A stretch of 64,000 nucleotides of DNA from an uncultured Actinomycetes bacterium (GTDB lineage: Bacteria; Actinomycetota; Acidimicrobiia; IMCC26256; DASPTH01), in assembly GCA_963750045.1 (NCBI GenBank), contig CAVVPD010000009.1, positions 172,401 through 236,400 of the forward strand, read 5' to 3'. Every line of letters starts with the position of its first letter. Positions within the stretch are counted from its first letter, which is position 1. This document shows, piece after piece, positions 50,622 to 61,830 of the stretch. Under the pieces are notes generated by a model. That model had not been told where the DNA came from. It made no database searches and worked only from the letters and a program-made list of their open reading frames with translations. The translations under genes were made by a program, and so were the position numbers.

Positions 50622-51547
50622 ACCCGGCCACCGCACCCGCGGTGGAGGTGCTCGCACCGTGGCGGGAGCGATTCTCGCAGGAGGTGCGACGGCTCAGTGC
50701 GCCCGTCGCGGTGGGGTGCTCCGGTGGCGCCGACTCGGTCGCGCTGCTCGCGCTCGCGGCTGATGCAGGGTTGGAGCCGGTCGCGGTACATGTCGACCAT
50801 GGCTTGCGCGCGGGCAGCGAACGGGAGGCCGACGCCGTCGCCGCGGTGGCCGCGGAGCTCGGCGCCGGTTTCCACGCGCGGCGCGCGCCCGTGGCCAGGG
50901 GTTCGAATCTCGAAGCGCGCGCTCGCGTCCGCCGGTACGAGGCGCTGGAGCGTGCTCGCCTCACGCTCGGGGCCGACGTCGTGCTCGTCGGCCATACTGC
51001 CGATGACCAGGCGGAGACCGTTCTCCTCAACGTGTTGCGAGGAGCAGCCGGTGCGGGCCTCGCCGGCATGTCGCCGCGCCGTGATCGCGTGGTGCGTCCC
51101 CTGCTCGGGATGCGGCGCACCGAGACCCGGGCCATCTGCGACGCGCTCGCGCTCGCGGTGCTCGACGACCCGATGAACCACGATGTCGAGTTCCGGCGCG
51201 TGGCGATCAGGCGTGAGATCCTCCCGATGCTGTCCACCCTCGCGGCCCGCGACCTCGTGCCCGTCCTGGCCCGCCAGGCCGACATCCTCCGTTCAGAATC
51301 CGAGTTCCTCGACGCACTCGCGGCCACGGCGTGGCCCGACGGCGAACCGCCCACCGCCGCCGCGCTCAACGCGCTCCCGTTGGTGTTGGCCCGCCGGGCG
51401 GTGCGGACCTGGCTCGGAACCCCGCCGCCGTCGTCGTCGGAGGTCGACCGCGTGTTGGCGGTCGCGTCGGGTGCATCGCGCGGCGCCGAGCTCGCGGGAG
51501 GGCGCGCGGTGCGTCGATCCGGCGGTCGTCTCTCGCTCACGCGCTAG
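50618..51547 (+). CDS. tilS: tRNA(Ile)-lysidine synthetase
   Basis: CSGGADS, HVDHGLR, GHTADDQAET, RPLL, DDPMN. Confidence 0.93.
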   Translation: MNPATAPAVEVLAPWRERFSQEVRRLSAPVAVGCSGGADSVALLALAADAGLEPVAVHVDHGLRAGSEREADAVAAVAAELGAGFHARRAPVARGSNLEARARVRRYEALERARLTLGADVVLVGHTADDQAETVLLNVLRGAAGAGLAGMSPRRDRVVRPLLGMRRTETRAICDALALAVLDDPMNHDVEFRRVAIRREILPMLSTLAARDLVPVLARQADILRSESEFLDALAATAWPDGEPPTAAALNALPLVLARRAVRTWLGTPPPSSSEVDRVLAVASGASRGAELAGGRAVRRSGGRLSLTR

Positions 51548-51558
51548 CTTCACGTCCC

Positions 51559-52098
51559 GTGGACGGGAACGCGATCGGTCGCATCGTCGTCAGCGAAGAC
51601 GAATTGCAGGCCCGGATCCACGAGCTGGGCAAGGAGCTGACCTCCGACTACGCGGGTCGTCCTCCGTTGCTCGTCGGCGTCCTCAAGGGCGCGTTCGTCT
51701 TCATGAGCGATCTGTCGCGCGCGATCGATCTCCCCGTCGAGTTCGACTTCATGGCCGTGTCGTCGTACGGATCCGCGACGCGCTCGAGTGGCGTCGTGCG
51801 CATCCTCAAGGACCTCGACCTCGATCTCACCGATCGCCACGTCGTGATCGTCGAGGACATCGTCGACTCCGGCTTGACGCTCGCCTACCTCCGGAAGAAT
51901 CTGGCGGCGCGCGGTCCTGCATCCATGGAAGTCTCCGCGCTGCTGGTGAAGGAAGGTCTGCAACGCGTGGACCTCGATCTCAAGTACGTGGGCTTCACGA
52001 TCCCCCCGACGTTCGTTGTGGGCTATGGCCTCGACGTGGGCGAGAAGTACCGCAACCTCCCGTTCATCGCCGAGTACGCGGGTAGCGAACCCGTCTGA
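51559..52098 (+). CDS. hpt: Hypoxanthine phosphoribosyltransferase
   Basis: VGVLKGA, MAVSSYG, IVEDIVDSGLTL, FVVGYGLD. Confidence 0.95.
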   Translation: MDGNAIGRIVVSEDELQARIHELGKELTSDYAGRPPLLVGVLKGAFVFMSDLSRAIDLPVEFDFMAVSSYGSATRSSGVVRILKDLDLDLTDRHVVIVEDIVDSGLTLAYLRKNLAARGPASMEVSALLVKEGLQRVDLDLKYVGFTIPPTFVVGYGLDVGEKYRNLPFIAEYAGSEPV

Positions 52099-52179
52099 GC
52101 TGCACCCCCGGCGCCTCGGAACTCGGGGTCCGGTGAGCCGCTAGATTGAGGCGGCCGCCGTCTCGTCTCCGGAGTCCCC

Positions 52180-54114
52180 GTGACCAAGCTGCGCCGCAGC
52201 GTCGCACTCGTCGTCGTCGTGGCGGCCGTCCTCGTCTTCTTCGGCCTGCGCGCGCTGACGAGTGGTGACGGGCCGGAGAAGATTCCGCTCGACAAGTACA
52301 CGCGTGAGCTGGAGAACGGCAAGGTGGCGAGCGCCACCATCCACGACCAGGACCACACCGTCACCGGGAAGCTCGCCGACGGCACCGAGTACACCGTCGA
52401 CTTCCCCGGGCAGTACACGGCGCGGCTGACCCAGGATGTCGTCGACGCCGGCGTCGACACGTTCGACACCGATCACCAGAGCCAGAACCCGTGGCTGAGC
52501 CTCCTCTACGGCCTGCTGCCCTTCGTGCTGCTCGCGCTCGTGCTGATGTGGGTGCTCGGTCAGGTGCAAGGCGGCGGCAACCGCATCATGGGATTCGGCA
52601 AGGCCCGCGCCAAGACCCTCTCGAAGGACCAACCGAAGGTCACGTTCGCCGACGTCGCGGGCCTCGACGAAGCGGTCGAGGAGCTGGAGGAGATCAGGGA
52701 GTTCCTCGAGTCGCCCGCCAAGTTCCAGCAGATGGGCGCGAAGATCCCGAAGGGTGTGCTGCTCTATGGGCCGCCGGGCACGGGCAAGACGCTGCTGGCC
52801 AAAGCGGTCGCCGGCGAAGCCGGCGTCCCGTTCTTCTCGATCAGCGGCTCCGACTTCGTCGAGATGTTCGTCGGCGTGGGTGCGTCGCGGGTCCGCGATC
52901 TGTTCGAGCAGGCCAAGGCCGCCGCCCCCGCCATCATCTTCGTCGACGAGATCGACGCGGTCGGCCGGCACCGCGGCGCCGGGCTCGGGGGCGGCCACGA
53001 CGAACGCGAGCAGACACTCAACCAGTTGTTGGTGGAGATGGACGGGTTCGACCAGAAGCAGGGGGTGATCCTGCTGGCGTCGACCAACCGGCCCGACATC
53101 CTCGACCCCGCGCTGCTGCGTCCGGGCCGTTTCGACCGCCAGATCGTGGTCGACCGGCCCGACCTCGAAGGCCGCAAGGCGATCCTGGCGGTGCACGGCA
53201 AGCAGAAGCCGCTGGCGCCGGGCGTCGAGCTCGACGTCATCGCCCGGCGCACGCCGGGGTTCACCGGCGCCGACCTCGCCAACCTCATGAACGAGGCCGC
53301 GCTCCTCTCGGCCCGTCACGGCCTCGAGCTCATCGGGCTCCCGCAGCTCGAAGAGGCCATCGACCGCGTGATGGCCGGGCCCGAACGCAAGAGCCGGCTG
53401 ATCTCCGATCGGGAGAAGCGGGTGATCGCGTACCACGAGGGTGGCCACGCGTTGGTCGCGCACGCGCTGCCCAACACCGATCCGGTGCACAAGATCTCGA
53501 TCATCCCCCGCGGCCGCGCGCTCGGCTACACGCTCACGCTGCCGACGGAGGACAAGTTCCTCGTGACGCGAAGCGAGCTCGTCGACGAGCTGGCAATGCT
53601 GCTCGGTGGGCGCACCGCGGAGGAGATGATCTTCGCCGATCCCACCACGGGCGCACAGAACGACATCGATCGCGCCACGACGATCGCCCGTCAGATGGTG
53701 ACGGAGTACGGCATGAGCGACGCGCTCGGCCCGATGCGCTTCGGTCATCCACAGGGCGAGGTGTTCCTCGGGCGCGACTTCAGCACCACGCCTGACTACT
53801 CCGAAGAGGTAGCCGCCGACATCGACAGCGAAGTCCGTGGGCTGATCGACGGCGCGCATCACGCGGCTCGCTCCGTGCTCGTCGACAACCGGGAGATCCT
53901 CGACCGGCTGGCACAAGAGCTGATCGTCCACGAGACGCTCGAGACCGAGCGCGTGCAGGAATTGTTCGCCAACGTGCGGATGTGGGATGCCCGAGCCGAC
54001 GCGGACCCGCGTGCCGGACGCCGCCCAGAGGGCACATCGCCGCCGCCACGCTGGAGCAATTCCGCGGCCGCGTCACGATCCGACCACAACCGCCGTTCCG
54101 GAGGCCCCGCGTGA
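52180..54114 (+). CDS. ftsH: ATP-dependent zinc metalloprotease FtsH
   Basis: Two TMs, [31 protein letters not shown]. Confidence 0.97.
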   Translation: MTKLRRSVALVVVVAAVLVFFGLRALTSGDGPEKIPLDKYTRELENGKVASATIHDQDHTVTGKLADGTEYTVDFPGQYTARLTQDVVDAGVDTFDTDHQSQNPWLSLLYGLLPFVLLALVLMWVLGQVQGGGNRIMGFGKARAKTLSKDQPKVTFADVAGLDEAVEELEEIREFLESPAKFQQMGAKIPKGVLLYGPPGTGKTLLAKAVAGEAGVPFFSISGSDFVEMFVGVGASRVRDLFEQAKAAAPAIIFVDEIDAVGRHRGAGLGGGHDEREQTLNQLLVEMDGFDQKQGVILLASTNRPDILDPALLRPGRFDRQIVVDRPDLEGRKAILAVHGKQKPLAPGVELDVIARRTPGFTGADLANLMNEAALLSARHGLELIGLPQLEEAIDRVMAGPERKSRLISDREKRVIAYHEGGHALVAHALPNTDPVHKISIIPRGRALGYTLTLPTEDKFLVTRSELVDELAMLLGGRTAEEMIFADPTTGAQNDIDRATTIARQMVTEYGMSDALGPMRFGHPQGEVFLGRDFSTTPDYSEEVAADIDSEVRGLIDGAHHAARSVLVDNREILDRLAQELIVHETLETERVQELFANVRMWDARADADPRAGRRPEGTSPPPRWSNSAAASRSDHNRRSGGPA

Positions 54115-54740
54115 CCGATTCGAGTCCGCTCCACTCAGTCCCCGGGAGCGCGGCCGCGCTCCCCATCGACCGCGAGCGGATCGAGCGAGCCGTCAGGGAG
54201 ATCCTGGAAGCCATCGGTGAGGACCCCGACCGCGATGGCCTCATGCGTACGCCGACGCGCATCGCCAAGATGTACGAGGAGATCTTCGCCGGGCTCTACG
54301 ACGACCCGTCGCGGCATCTCACCGTCACGTTCGAGGCCGACCACGACGAGATGGTGATGGTTCGCGACATCCCCATCCATTCGATGTGCGAACACCACCT
54401 CATTCCGTTCGCCGGCCGTGCACACGTCGCCTACATCCCGGGCGACGACGGACGGATCACCGGGCTGTCGAAGATCGCCCGCCTCGTCGACGGCTTCGCC
54501 AAGCGACCCCAGGTGCAGGAGCGCCTGACCACCCAGATCGCCGACGCGCTGGTCGAGGTGCTCAACCCGAGTGGCGTGTTGGTGATGGTCGAGGCCGAGC
54601 ACTTCTGCATGTCGATGCGCGGCGTGAAGAAGCCCGGTTCGCTGACGATCACGTCCGCGGTACGGGGCCTCTTCAAGAGCAACGCCGCCACCCGGGCCGA
54701 GGCGATGAGCCTCATCACCTACCCAGGAAACCGCCTGTCA
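54111..54740 (+). CDS. folE: GTP cyclohydrolase I; no stop seen, reads into folP (end approximate)
   Basis: [53 protein letters not shown]. Confidence 0.92.
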
Positions 54741-54803
54741 GCGCGCGAACGGGGCATTTCGGTCACCGACGCCCGGTACGCACTCCCAGTATCCTGCGTC
54801 CCA

Positions 54804-55669
54804 ATGTTCGTCTGGTCGTCCGTGTGCGGGGAGCGCCCCGCGGTGATGGGCATCCTCAACGTCACCCCGGATTCCTTCTCCGACGGCGGCCGGTTCCTGG
54901 ATCCGGGCGCCGCGGTCGCGCACGGCCTGAGCATGGTGGCGGCGGGTGCCGATCTCCTCGACGTCGGTGGTGAGTCGACGCGCCCTGGCGCCCAGCCGAT
55001 CGACGAGGCGGAGGAGCTCCGCCGGGTGGTGCCGGTGGTGGCTCGTCTCGCGACCGAGGCGGGGGTGCCGATCAGCGTCGACACCAGCAAGGCGGCCGTG
55101 GCGGCCGCCGCGCTCGACGCCGGCGCGCTCGTGGTGAACGACGTCTCCGCCGCGACCGGCGACCCGGGGATGCTGCCCCTCGTGGCGGCGACTGGCGCCG
55201 GGCTCGTGGTGATGCACATGCAGGGCGAGCCCCGCACGATGCAGGAGGCACCCCGGTACGACGACGTGACCATCGAGGTGGGCGACTTCCTGATGGAGCG
55301 GCTCGCCGCCGCGCGGACGCCGGCGTGGCGCCGGAGGCCTTGTGCGCGGACCCCGGCATCGGGTTCGGCAAGCTCCCACACCACAACCTCGAGCTCCTGG
55401 CGCGAAATTCCGAGCTCGTCGACCGCGTCGAGGTGCCGGTACTGGTCGGCCCGTCCCGCAAGACGTTCATTGGTGCCGTGCTCGCCGCCGCTGCCGGTGA
55501 GCGCACGCCGCGCCCGGCCGGTGCACGGGACGACGGCACGCTGGCGACCATCGTGTGGGCGGTCGATCGCGGCGCGCGCGTCGTGCGCGTGCACGCCGCC
55601 GGTCCCGCGGCCGACGCGCTGCGTCTCCTCGACGCGATGGCTTCCATCGACGCGGACGCCGTCGCGTGA
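54804..55669 (+). CDS. folP: Dihydropteroate synthase; frameshift at about 55315
   Basis: [49 protein letters not shown]. Confidence 0.93.
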
Positions 55670-55679
55670 AGGGCCGACC

Positions 55680-56238
55680 ATGAAGGGCCGATGGGCACAG
55701 GGGCTGGAGCCCCGCGCCTTCTGCTGGATCATCAAGGACCGGTTGGCGGCGTCGGAACGGCCTGGTGGCTTCGCCCGCAACCACCGAAAGGTGCGTCGCC
55801 AGGAGGAGCTGATCTGGCTCATCGGCCAGGGCTTCACCCACATCCTCTCGATGCTCGATTCACCCCACAATCTGCACGCCTACGAGGAAGCCGGCATCCC
55901 GCACGCACACGTCCCGATCGGGCGCCACGACGAGTGGAGCGAGCGGCTGCCCGTCCTCTACGCGACGCTGGCGGCCTGGCTCGGAAATCCCGAGCGAGCG
56001 CGTGCTGATCCATCACGAAGAGTTCGGTGAGCGGTTGCTCGGCGTCCTCGCGGGGTACCTCATCTATGTCGGTCTGGTCACCGAGGGGCCTCACGCCGTC
56101 GTCGTGATCGAGAAGATCACGGGCCGCCAACTGGGCTCGGTGGCGCGCGAGATCGTCGCCGTGACGGTGGCCGAAGGGATCGTCGAAGCCCGCATCGCGG
56201 ACAAGAAGACGTCGCCTCGGCGTCGCGCTCGGAGCTGA
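55680..56238 (+). CDS. PTP/dual-specificity-phosphatase-fold protein lacking the catalytic Cys; frameshift at about 55992
   Basis: [57 protein letters not shown] (HC-X5-R changed to HH-X5-R). Confidence 0.68.
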
Positions 56239-56239
56239 C

Positions 56240-56590
56240 ATGGGAACGATCGTCATCAGAGGTCTGCGTGAACTGGGCGTACACGGCGTGCTCCCGGAGG
56301 AGCAGACCCGGCCCCAGCCCTTCGAGGTCGACGTCGAGTTGACCGTCGACCTCAGCACCGCGGGCGAGAGCGACGCGCTCGACGACACCGTCGACTACTC
56401 CGCGGTCGCGGAGGCGGTGAGCCGCGTCGTCACGTCGGAGCGCTACGCGCTGCTCGAGCGGCTCGGCACCCGGATCGCCGAGGTGTGCCGGGTCGACGAG
56501 CGGGTCACGGGGGTCACCGTCACCGTCCGCAAGCTGCATCCGCCCGTGCGCGCCATGGTCGACCACGTCGCGGTGTGCATCCAGCAGTGA
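56240..56590 (+). CDS. folB: Dihydroneopterin aldolase
   Basis: GVHGVLPEE, QPFEVDV, DDTVDY, LLER, VRKLHPP. Confidence 0.94.
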   Translation: MGTIVIRGLRELGVHGVLPEEQTRPQPFEVDVELTVDLSTAGESDALDDTVDYSAVAEAVSRVVTSERYALLERLGTRIAEVCRVDERVTGVTVTVRKLHPPVRAMVDHVAVCIQQ

Positions 56591-57078
56591 CGCCCGGGCG
56601 GGCGGTGCTGCGCGCGTACCTGGGGATCGGATCGAACCTGGGCGACCGGGCCGCGCACCTCCAGGGCGCGGTCGACGCGCTCGGCCGGGTCGACGGCGTC
56701 CGGATCGTCGGCGTGTCGCGGGTCTACGAGACGTCGCCGGTCGGGGGGCCGCCGCAACCCGACTACCTCAACGCGGTCGTGGCCGTCGACACCGAGCTCA
56801 CCGCCCGGGCGCTGCTCGGAGTGGCGCACGAGGTCGAGGCCGCCGCGGAGCGCGTGCGCACCGTGCGCTGGGGCCCCCGCACACTCGACGTCGACGTCCT
56901 CCTGGTGGGTGACGAACGGGTCGACGAGCCCGATCTCGTCGTGCCGCACCCACGGATGGCCGAACGCGCCTTCGTGATCGTGCCGCTCGCCGATCTGGCG
57001 CCGGAGTGGGAGGGTCGGCTCCCTGCCGACACGGCATCGGTCCGGCCCGCCGGTCTAGCATTGGTGCTGCCCGAGTAG
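56587..57078 (+). CDS. folK: 2-amino-4-hydroxy-6-hydroxymethyldihydropteridine diphosphokinase
   Basis: YLGIGSNLGD, SRVYET, YLNAV, WGPRTLDVD, PHPRMAERAFV. Confidence 0.95.
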   Translation: MTPGRAVLRAYLGIGSNLGDRAAHLQGAVDALGRVDGVRIVGVSRVYETSPVGGPPQPDYLNAVVAVDTELTARALLGVAHEVEAAAERVRTVRWGPRTLDVDVLLVGDERVDEPDLVVPHPRMAERAFVIVPLADLAPEWEGRLPADTASVRPAGLALVLPE

Positions 57079-57103
57079 ACCGGCACCCTCCCGAGGGGCC
57101 GGA

Positions 57104-57138
57104 ACGAAGAGGCCAGGACGAAGAGGCCAATACGAAGA
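57104..57138 (+). repeat. 14-bp-period direct repeat (ACGAAGAGGCCA x2 plus ACGAAGA)
   Basis: Copies at 57104, 57118 and 57132, just after the hairpin at 57080-57102. Confidence 0.75.
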
Positions 57139-58012
57139 TGATTGGCGTGGACCATCGATCGCAGCGGGCGCTCGCCCTCGTGGGCCCCGGACGAGCCGGC
57201 ACGACCGTCGCGGCCGCGCTCGGTTTCGCGTGGGTGGACGGCGGTCGGCGTCGCGGGCAGGTCCGTGACCGCGCCATCGACGCAGCGTGCTGCCACGCGG
57301 CTCGGCGCGCCGCCGGTCGACGTCGCCGACGCCGGGCACGGCGCCGCGCTCGTGCTCGTCGCCACGCCCGACGCCGCCATCGCCGAGACGGCCGAAGTGC
57401 TCGCCCCGGGACTCGAGCGCGGCGCGCTGGTCGTCCACCTGTCGGGCGCGTGCCCGCTCGACGAGCTCGACAAGTTGCGGCGGGCACGGCCCGACGTCGC
57501 CGTCGGCTCGTTGCACCCGCTGCAGTCGTTGCCGTCGGTCGAGGTGGGGTTGGCGCGCCTGCCCGGCTCGTGGTGCGCTATCGAGGGCTCCGACGCGGTG
57601 GAGCGACTGGCGATCTCGCTCGGATTGCGGCCCTTCCGTGTGGCGCCCGCCGATCGGGTCGAGTACCACGCGGCGGCGACGATCGCCTCGAACCATCTCG
57701 TCGCCCTCCTGGGCCAGGTGACGCGCGTGGCCCGTGACGCCGGCGTACCCCTGGAAGCGCTCTGGCCGCTGGTGCGCGCGACCGTCGACAACGTCGAGAC
57801 GCTCGGCGCGGCGAGACGCGCTCACCGGGCCGGTGGCACGCGGCGACGCCGACACGGTGGCGCGCCATCTCGACGCGGTCCCCGCCGAGGAGCGCGCCGC
57901 GTATTGCGCGCTCGCAACCGAGGCCCTTCGGCTCAGTGGTCGCGACGATGCCCGCATCCGCGACCTGCTCGGACCCCGTTCGCGCTTCGGGGTCGGAGGC
58001 AGTGAGCGATGA
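57138..58012 (+). CDS. Rossmann-like plus DUF2520 protein (PanG-type ketopantoate reductase candidate); frameshifts at about 57222 and 57808
   Basis: [46 protein letters not shown]; overlaps the panC start. Confidence 0.82.
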
Positions 58013-58921
58013 TCACCGTGACGACCATTGCCGAAGCGCGCGCCGCGTGCGACGAGGCGCGCGCGGCCGGGGACCGCGTCGGCTTCGTGCCGACGATGGG
58101 GTTCTTCCACGAAGGCCACCGCTCGCTCATGCGTGCGGCGCGCGAAGGAGAACGACCTCGTGATCGTGAGCCTCTTCGTCAACCCCACGCAGTTCGCGCC
58201 CGGCGAGGATCTCGACGCATATCCGCGCGATCTCGTCGGCGACCGCGCGGCGGCGGAGGCGGAAGGCGTCGATCTCCTCTTCACGCCCAGCACCGCCGAG
58301 GTCTACCCGGAGGGAGCGCGGACCACGGTGCACGTCGGCGGGCTCACCGACGTGTTGTGTGGCGCGAGCCGCCCCGGCCATTTCGACGGCGTGACCACCG
58401 TGGTCGCGAAGCTCTTCGCGATCGTCGGGCCGAGCCGCGCCTACTTCGGGCGCAAGGATGCGCAACAGGTCGCGGTGATCCAACGCATGACCACCGATCT
58501 CGACCTGCCGGTGGAAGTGGTCGGCTGCCCGTTGGTCCGGGAGTCCGACGGTCTGGCCATGTCGAGTCGCAACTCCTACCTCGACCCCGACGAGCGCCGT
58601 GCCGCGGTGATCCTCTCGTCGGCCCTGTACCTCGCCTCCGAGGCCGTGGTCGCCGGTGCGCGCGACCCTCGTGCACTCCGTCGACTCGTCGTCGACACCG
58701 TCGCCAGCGCACCGGCAGTGCACCTCGACTACGCCGAGGTCGTCGACGCGGCGACCCTCGAGCAGGTCGATCAGATCGGGCCCGACACGCTGGTTGCGCT
58801 GGCTGCCCACGTGGGCAAGGCTCGTCTGATCGACAACGTCACGATTTCGTTTCCCGGTGGTACTCCCACCCCAGACCTCGGAGTCCTCATCGCATCGTCC
58901 GGAACCACGGAGGGATCCTGA
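58009..58921 (+). CDS. panC: Pantoate-beta-alanine ligase; frameshift at about 58143
   Basis: [49 protein letters not shown]. Confidence 0.93.
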
Positions 58922-59289
58922 TGCAACGGATCATGATGAAGTCGAAGATCCACCGGGCGACGATCACCGGTGCCGACCTCAACTACGTCGGATCGATCAC
59001 GCTCGATGAACGCCTGATGGAGCTCGCCGACATCCGCGAGCACGAGCAGGTGCACGTGCTCGACATCGACAACGGTGCCCGGTTCGAGACCTACGTCATC
59101 CGTGGTGGTCCGGGCGACGTGATCCTCAACGGCGCCGCCGCGCGCCTCGTCCATCCCGGCGACAAGGTGATCGTGATCACCTACGCGCAGTACGAGGAAG
59201 CCGAGCTCGCCGGGTACGAGCCCGTCGTGGTGCACGTCGACGACGACAACCGGCCCACGATGCACTCGGTACGCGAGGTTGCGCCGTAA
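58921..59289 (+). CDS. panD: Aspartate 1-decarboxylase
   Basis: [16 protein letters not shown] cleavage site, [15 protein letters not shown]. Confidence 0.96.
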   Translation: MQRIMMKSKIHRATITGADLNYVGSITLDERLMELADIREHEQVHVLDIDNGARFETYVIRGGPGDVILNGAAARLVHPGDKVIVITYAQYEEAELAGYEPVVVHVDDDNRPTMHSVREVAP

Positions 59290-59321
59290 CTCGGCGCGAC
59301 CTCGACGAGTCGAACCTCCCG

Positions 59322-60955
59322 ATGCCCGAACGCCCGACCGACCTCCTCGTGCTCGGCAGTGGAGTCGCGGGCTTGTCGGCCGCGGTGCGGGCACGACGCG
59401 ACGGCCTGTCGGTCACGGTGCTCACCAAGGGTGAGCTCGGCTGGTCGGCCACCCGCTACGCGCAGGGCGGCGTCGCTGCGGCGCTCGATCGCCTCCGACG
59501 ACTCGCCCGAGTTGCACGGCTCCGACACGTTGGCGGCGGGCGGTGGTCTCTGCGACCCCGAAGCCGTGCGGGTGCTGGCCAGCGAGGGCCCGGCCCGCGT
59601 CCGCGAGCTGATGGCGCTCGGCGCGCACTTCGACCACGTCGCCGGCAACGGCGAGCTCGCCCGCGGCCCGCGAAGGTGGTCATTCGGTGGCGCGGGTCGT
59701 CCACGCGGGGGGTGATGCCACCGGCGCCGAGATCGAGCGGGCCCTGGTCGCCGCGGTCCACGGGTCGGGCGCCGACGTCCGGGAGGGCTGGCTGGTATCC
59801 GATCTGATCGTCGAGCGGGGACGTGTCGCCGGCGTCGTCGCCGTCGGCCCCGATGGCGTGCGCGACGTGCGGTCCCGCCACGTGGTGATCGCCACCGGCG
59901 GCGCGGGGCAGTGCTTCGCCGTCACCACCAATCCCGCGCTCTCCACGGGCGACGGAATCGCGATGGCGATGCGCGCCGGGGTCGCCGTCGCCGATCTCGA
60001 GTTCATGCAGTTCCACCCGACGGCCCTGGACCACCCGTCGATGCCACGTCCGTTGCTGTCCGAGGCGCTGCGCGGCGAGGGCGCCATCCTGCGCGACGAG
60101 CAGGGCGTCCCTTTCATGCGGGGTGAGCATCCGCTGGCCGACCTCGCCCCCCGTGACGTCGTGGCCCGGGCGATCAGCCGGCGACTCATCGACCGCGACC
60201 TCGAGCACCTCTGGCTCGACGCCACGGGCATCGAGGACTTCCCACAGCGCTTTCCGACCATCTGGGAGGCCTGCCGCTCCGTCGGGCTCGAGCCTTCCCG
60301 TGACTGGCTTCCGGTCGCGCCGGCGGCGCACTACCTGTCTGGCGGCGTGTGCACGGATCTCGACGGCGCGACGACGCTCCCGGGTCTGTGGGCGTGCGGT
60401 GAGGCGGCGTGCTCGGGTGTGCACGGCGCCAACCGGCTGGCGTCCAACTCGCTGCTCGAGGGTCTCGTGTTCGTCGGCGAGGGCGGTGGAGGCGATCGCG
60501 TCGGGCAAGGAGGTCCTGCGAGCGCACCGGGGTGCTGTCCGGCACGCTCGACGACGTGCCGCCCGACTCGTCCGAGCTGCCGATCGGAACCGGCTCGGTG
60601 CCGGAACGGGGAACCGGCTCGGTGCCGGAACGGGGAACCGCCCCGCCGATCCGCGAGGAGCTCCAACGGGTCATGACGCGCGATGCGGGTGTCCTCCGCA
60701 GCGCGACCAGCCTCGAGCGTGCGGAGGCCGCTCTGGCGGCCATGATCCCCACCGACATCGAGAGCGCCAACCTGCACACGGTCAGCACGGTGTTGGTACG
60801 TGCCGCCACCGCTCGACGCGAGTCGCGCGGCACCCACACGCGGGAAGACCACCCGGAGCCGTCCCCGGCCTTCCTCGGTCGCCTGGTGTTCCGGGGGGCG
60901 CCCACCCCGGAGTTCGTCCCGTTGGTGTCGACCGAACGCGAGCCGTCAGCGATGA
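59322..60955 (+). CDS. nadB: L-aspartate oxidase; frameshifts at about 59490, 59670 and 60478; end approximate
   Basis: LGSGVAGL, YAQGGVAA, HAGGDATG, EFMQFHPT, SEALRGEG, LAPRDVV, AAHYLSGG, GVHGANRLASNSLLE, RRESRGTH. Confidence 0.9.
60586..60640 (+). repeat. 24-bp tandem repeat inside the nadB linker (GTGSVPER x2)
   Basis: GGAACCGGCTCGGTGCCGGAACGG at 60586 and 60610, partial copy at 60634. Confidence 0.9.
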
Positions 60956-61826
60956 CCGAGTTCGACGCACCGGCGCACGTGATCCGTCCACTGGTCGCGA
61001 GCGCGCTTGCCGAGGACATCGGACCGCTCGGCGACCTCACCGCGTCGTTGCGTGCCGCCCGGAGCGCGCGGCGAGCGTCGACGTGATCGTTCGGGCCGAG
61101 GGCGTCGTCGCCGGGACCGCGTGCGCCGACCGAGGTCTTCGCGCAGCTGGATCCCGCCGTGACGGCGGAATGGCTGGTCGACGACGGCGAGGCGGTCGGT
61201 CCGGGCACCAAGCTGGGTTCGGTCGACGGCCCGCTGCGTTCGGTGCTCACCGGCGAGCGGAGCGCGCTCAACTTCCTCTGTCACCTGCTCCGGGGTTGCC
61301 ACCGCGACGCGGCGGTTCGTGCACGCCGCGGGTCCCTCCGCCCGGATCTGGGACACCAGGAAGACGCATCCCGGGCCTGCGCGCGGTCGAGAAGGCAGCC
61401 GTGCGGGCGGGTGGCGGCGTGAACCACCGCGGTTCCCTCTCGGAGTTCGTCCTGGTGAAGGACAACCACCTCGCCGGGGTCGGGATCACGGAGGCGGTCG
61501 CCCGCGCGCTCGCTCGGTGGCCCGGACGCGCGATCGAGGTCGAATGCGACCGTGCGGCGCAGGTCCAGGAAGCGATCGCGGCCTCCGCCACCATGGTGCT
61601 GCTCGACAACATGACGCCCGACGAGGTCCGGGCCTGCGTCTCGCTGGTTCGCGCCACCGCGCCCTCGGGGTTCCTCGTGGAGGTGTCGGGCGGGATCACG
61701 CTCGACAACGTCCGCGCGTTCGCGGACGCCGGTGCCGACCTGATCTCCACCAGCGTGATCACACAGTCCGCACCGGCGCTCGACATCGCGTTCGACCTTC
61801 GAGACGGCGACGACGAGGAGACGTGA
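60952..61826 (+). CDS. nadC: Quinolinate phosphoribosyltransferase; several frameshifts
   Basis: ALAEDIGPLGDLT, LTGERSALNFL, IWDTRKT, GGGVNHR, KDNH, EVEC, LLDNM, EVSGGITL. Confidence 0.9.
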
Positions 61827-61830
61827 CGAG

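Noticed and set aside
53982-56030. 682-aa FolE-FolP-phosphatase triple fusion
   Set aside because: The FolP C-terminus is in another frame with its own stop at 55669, and the downstream gene has its own ATG at 55680.
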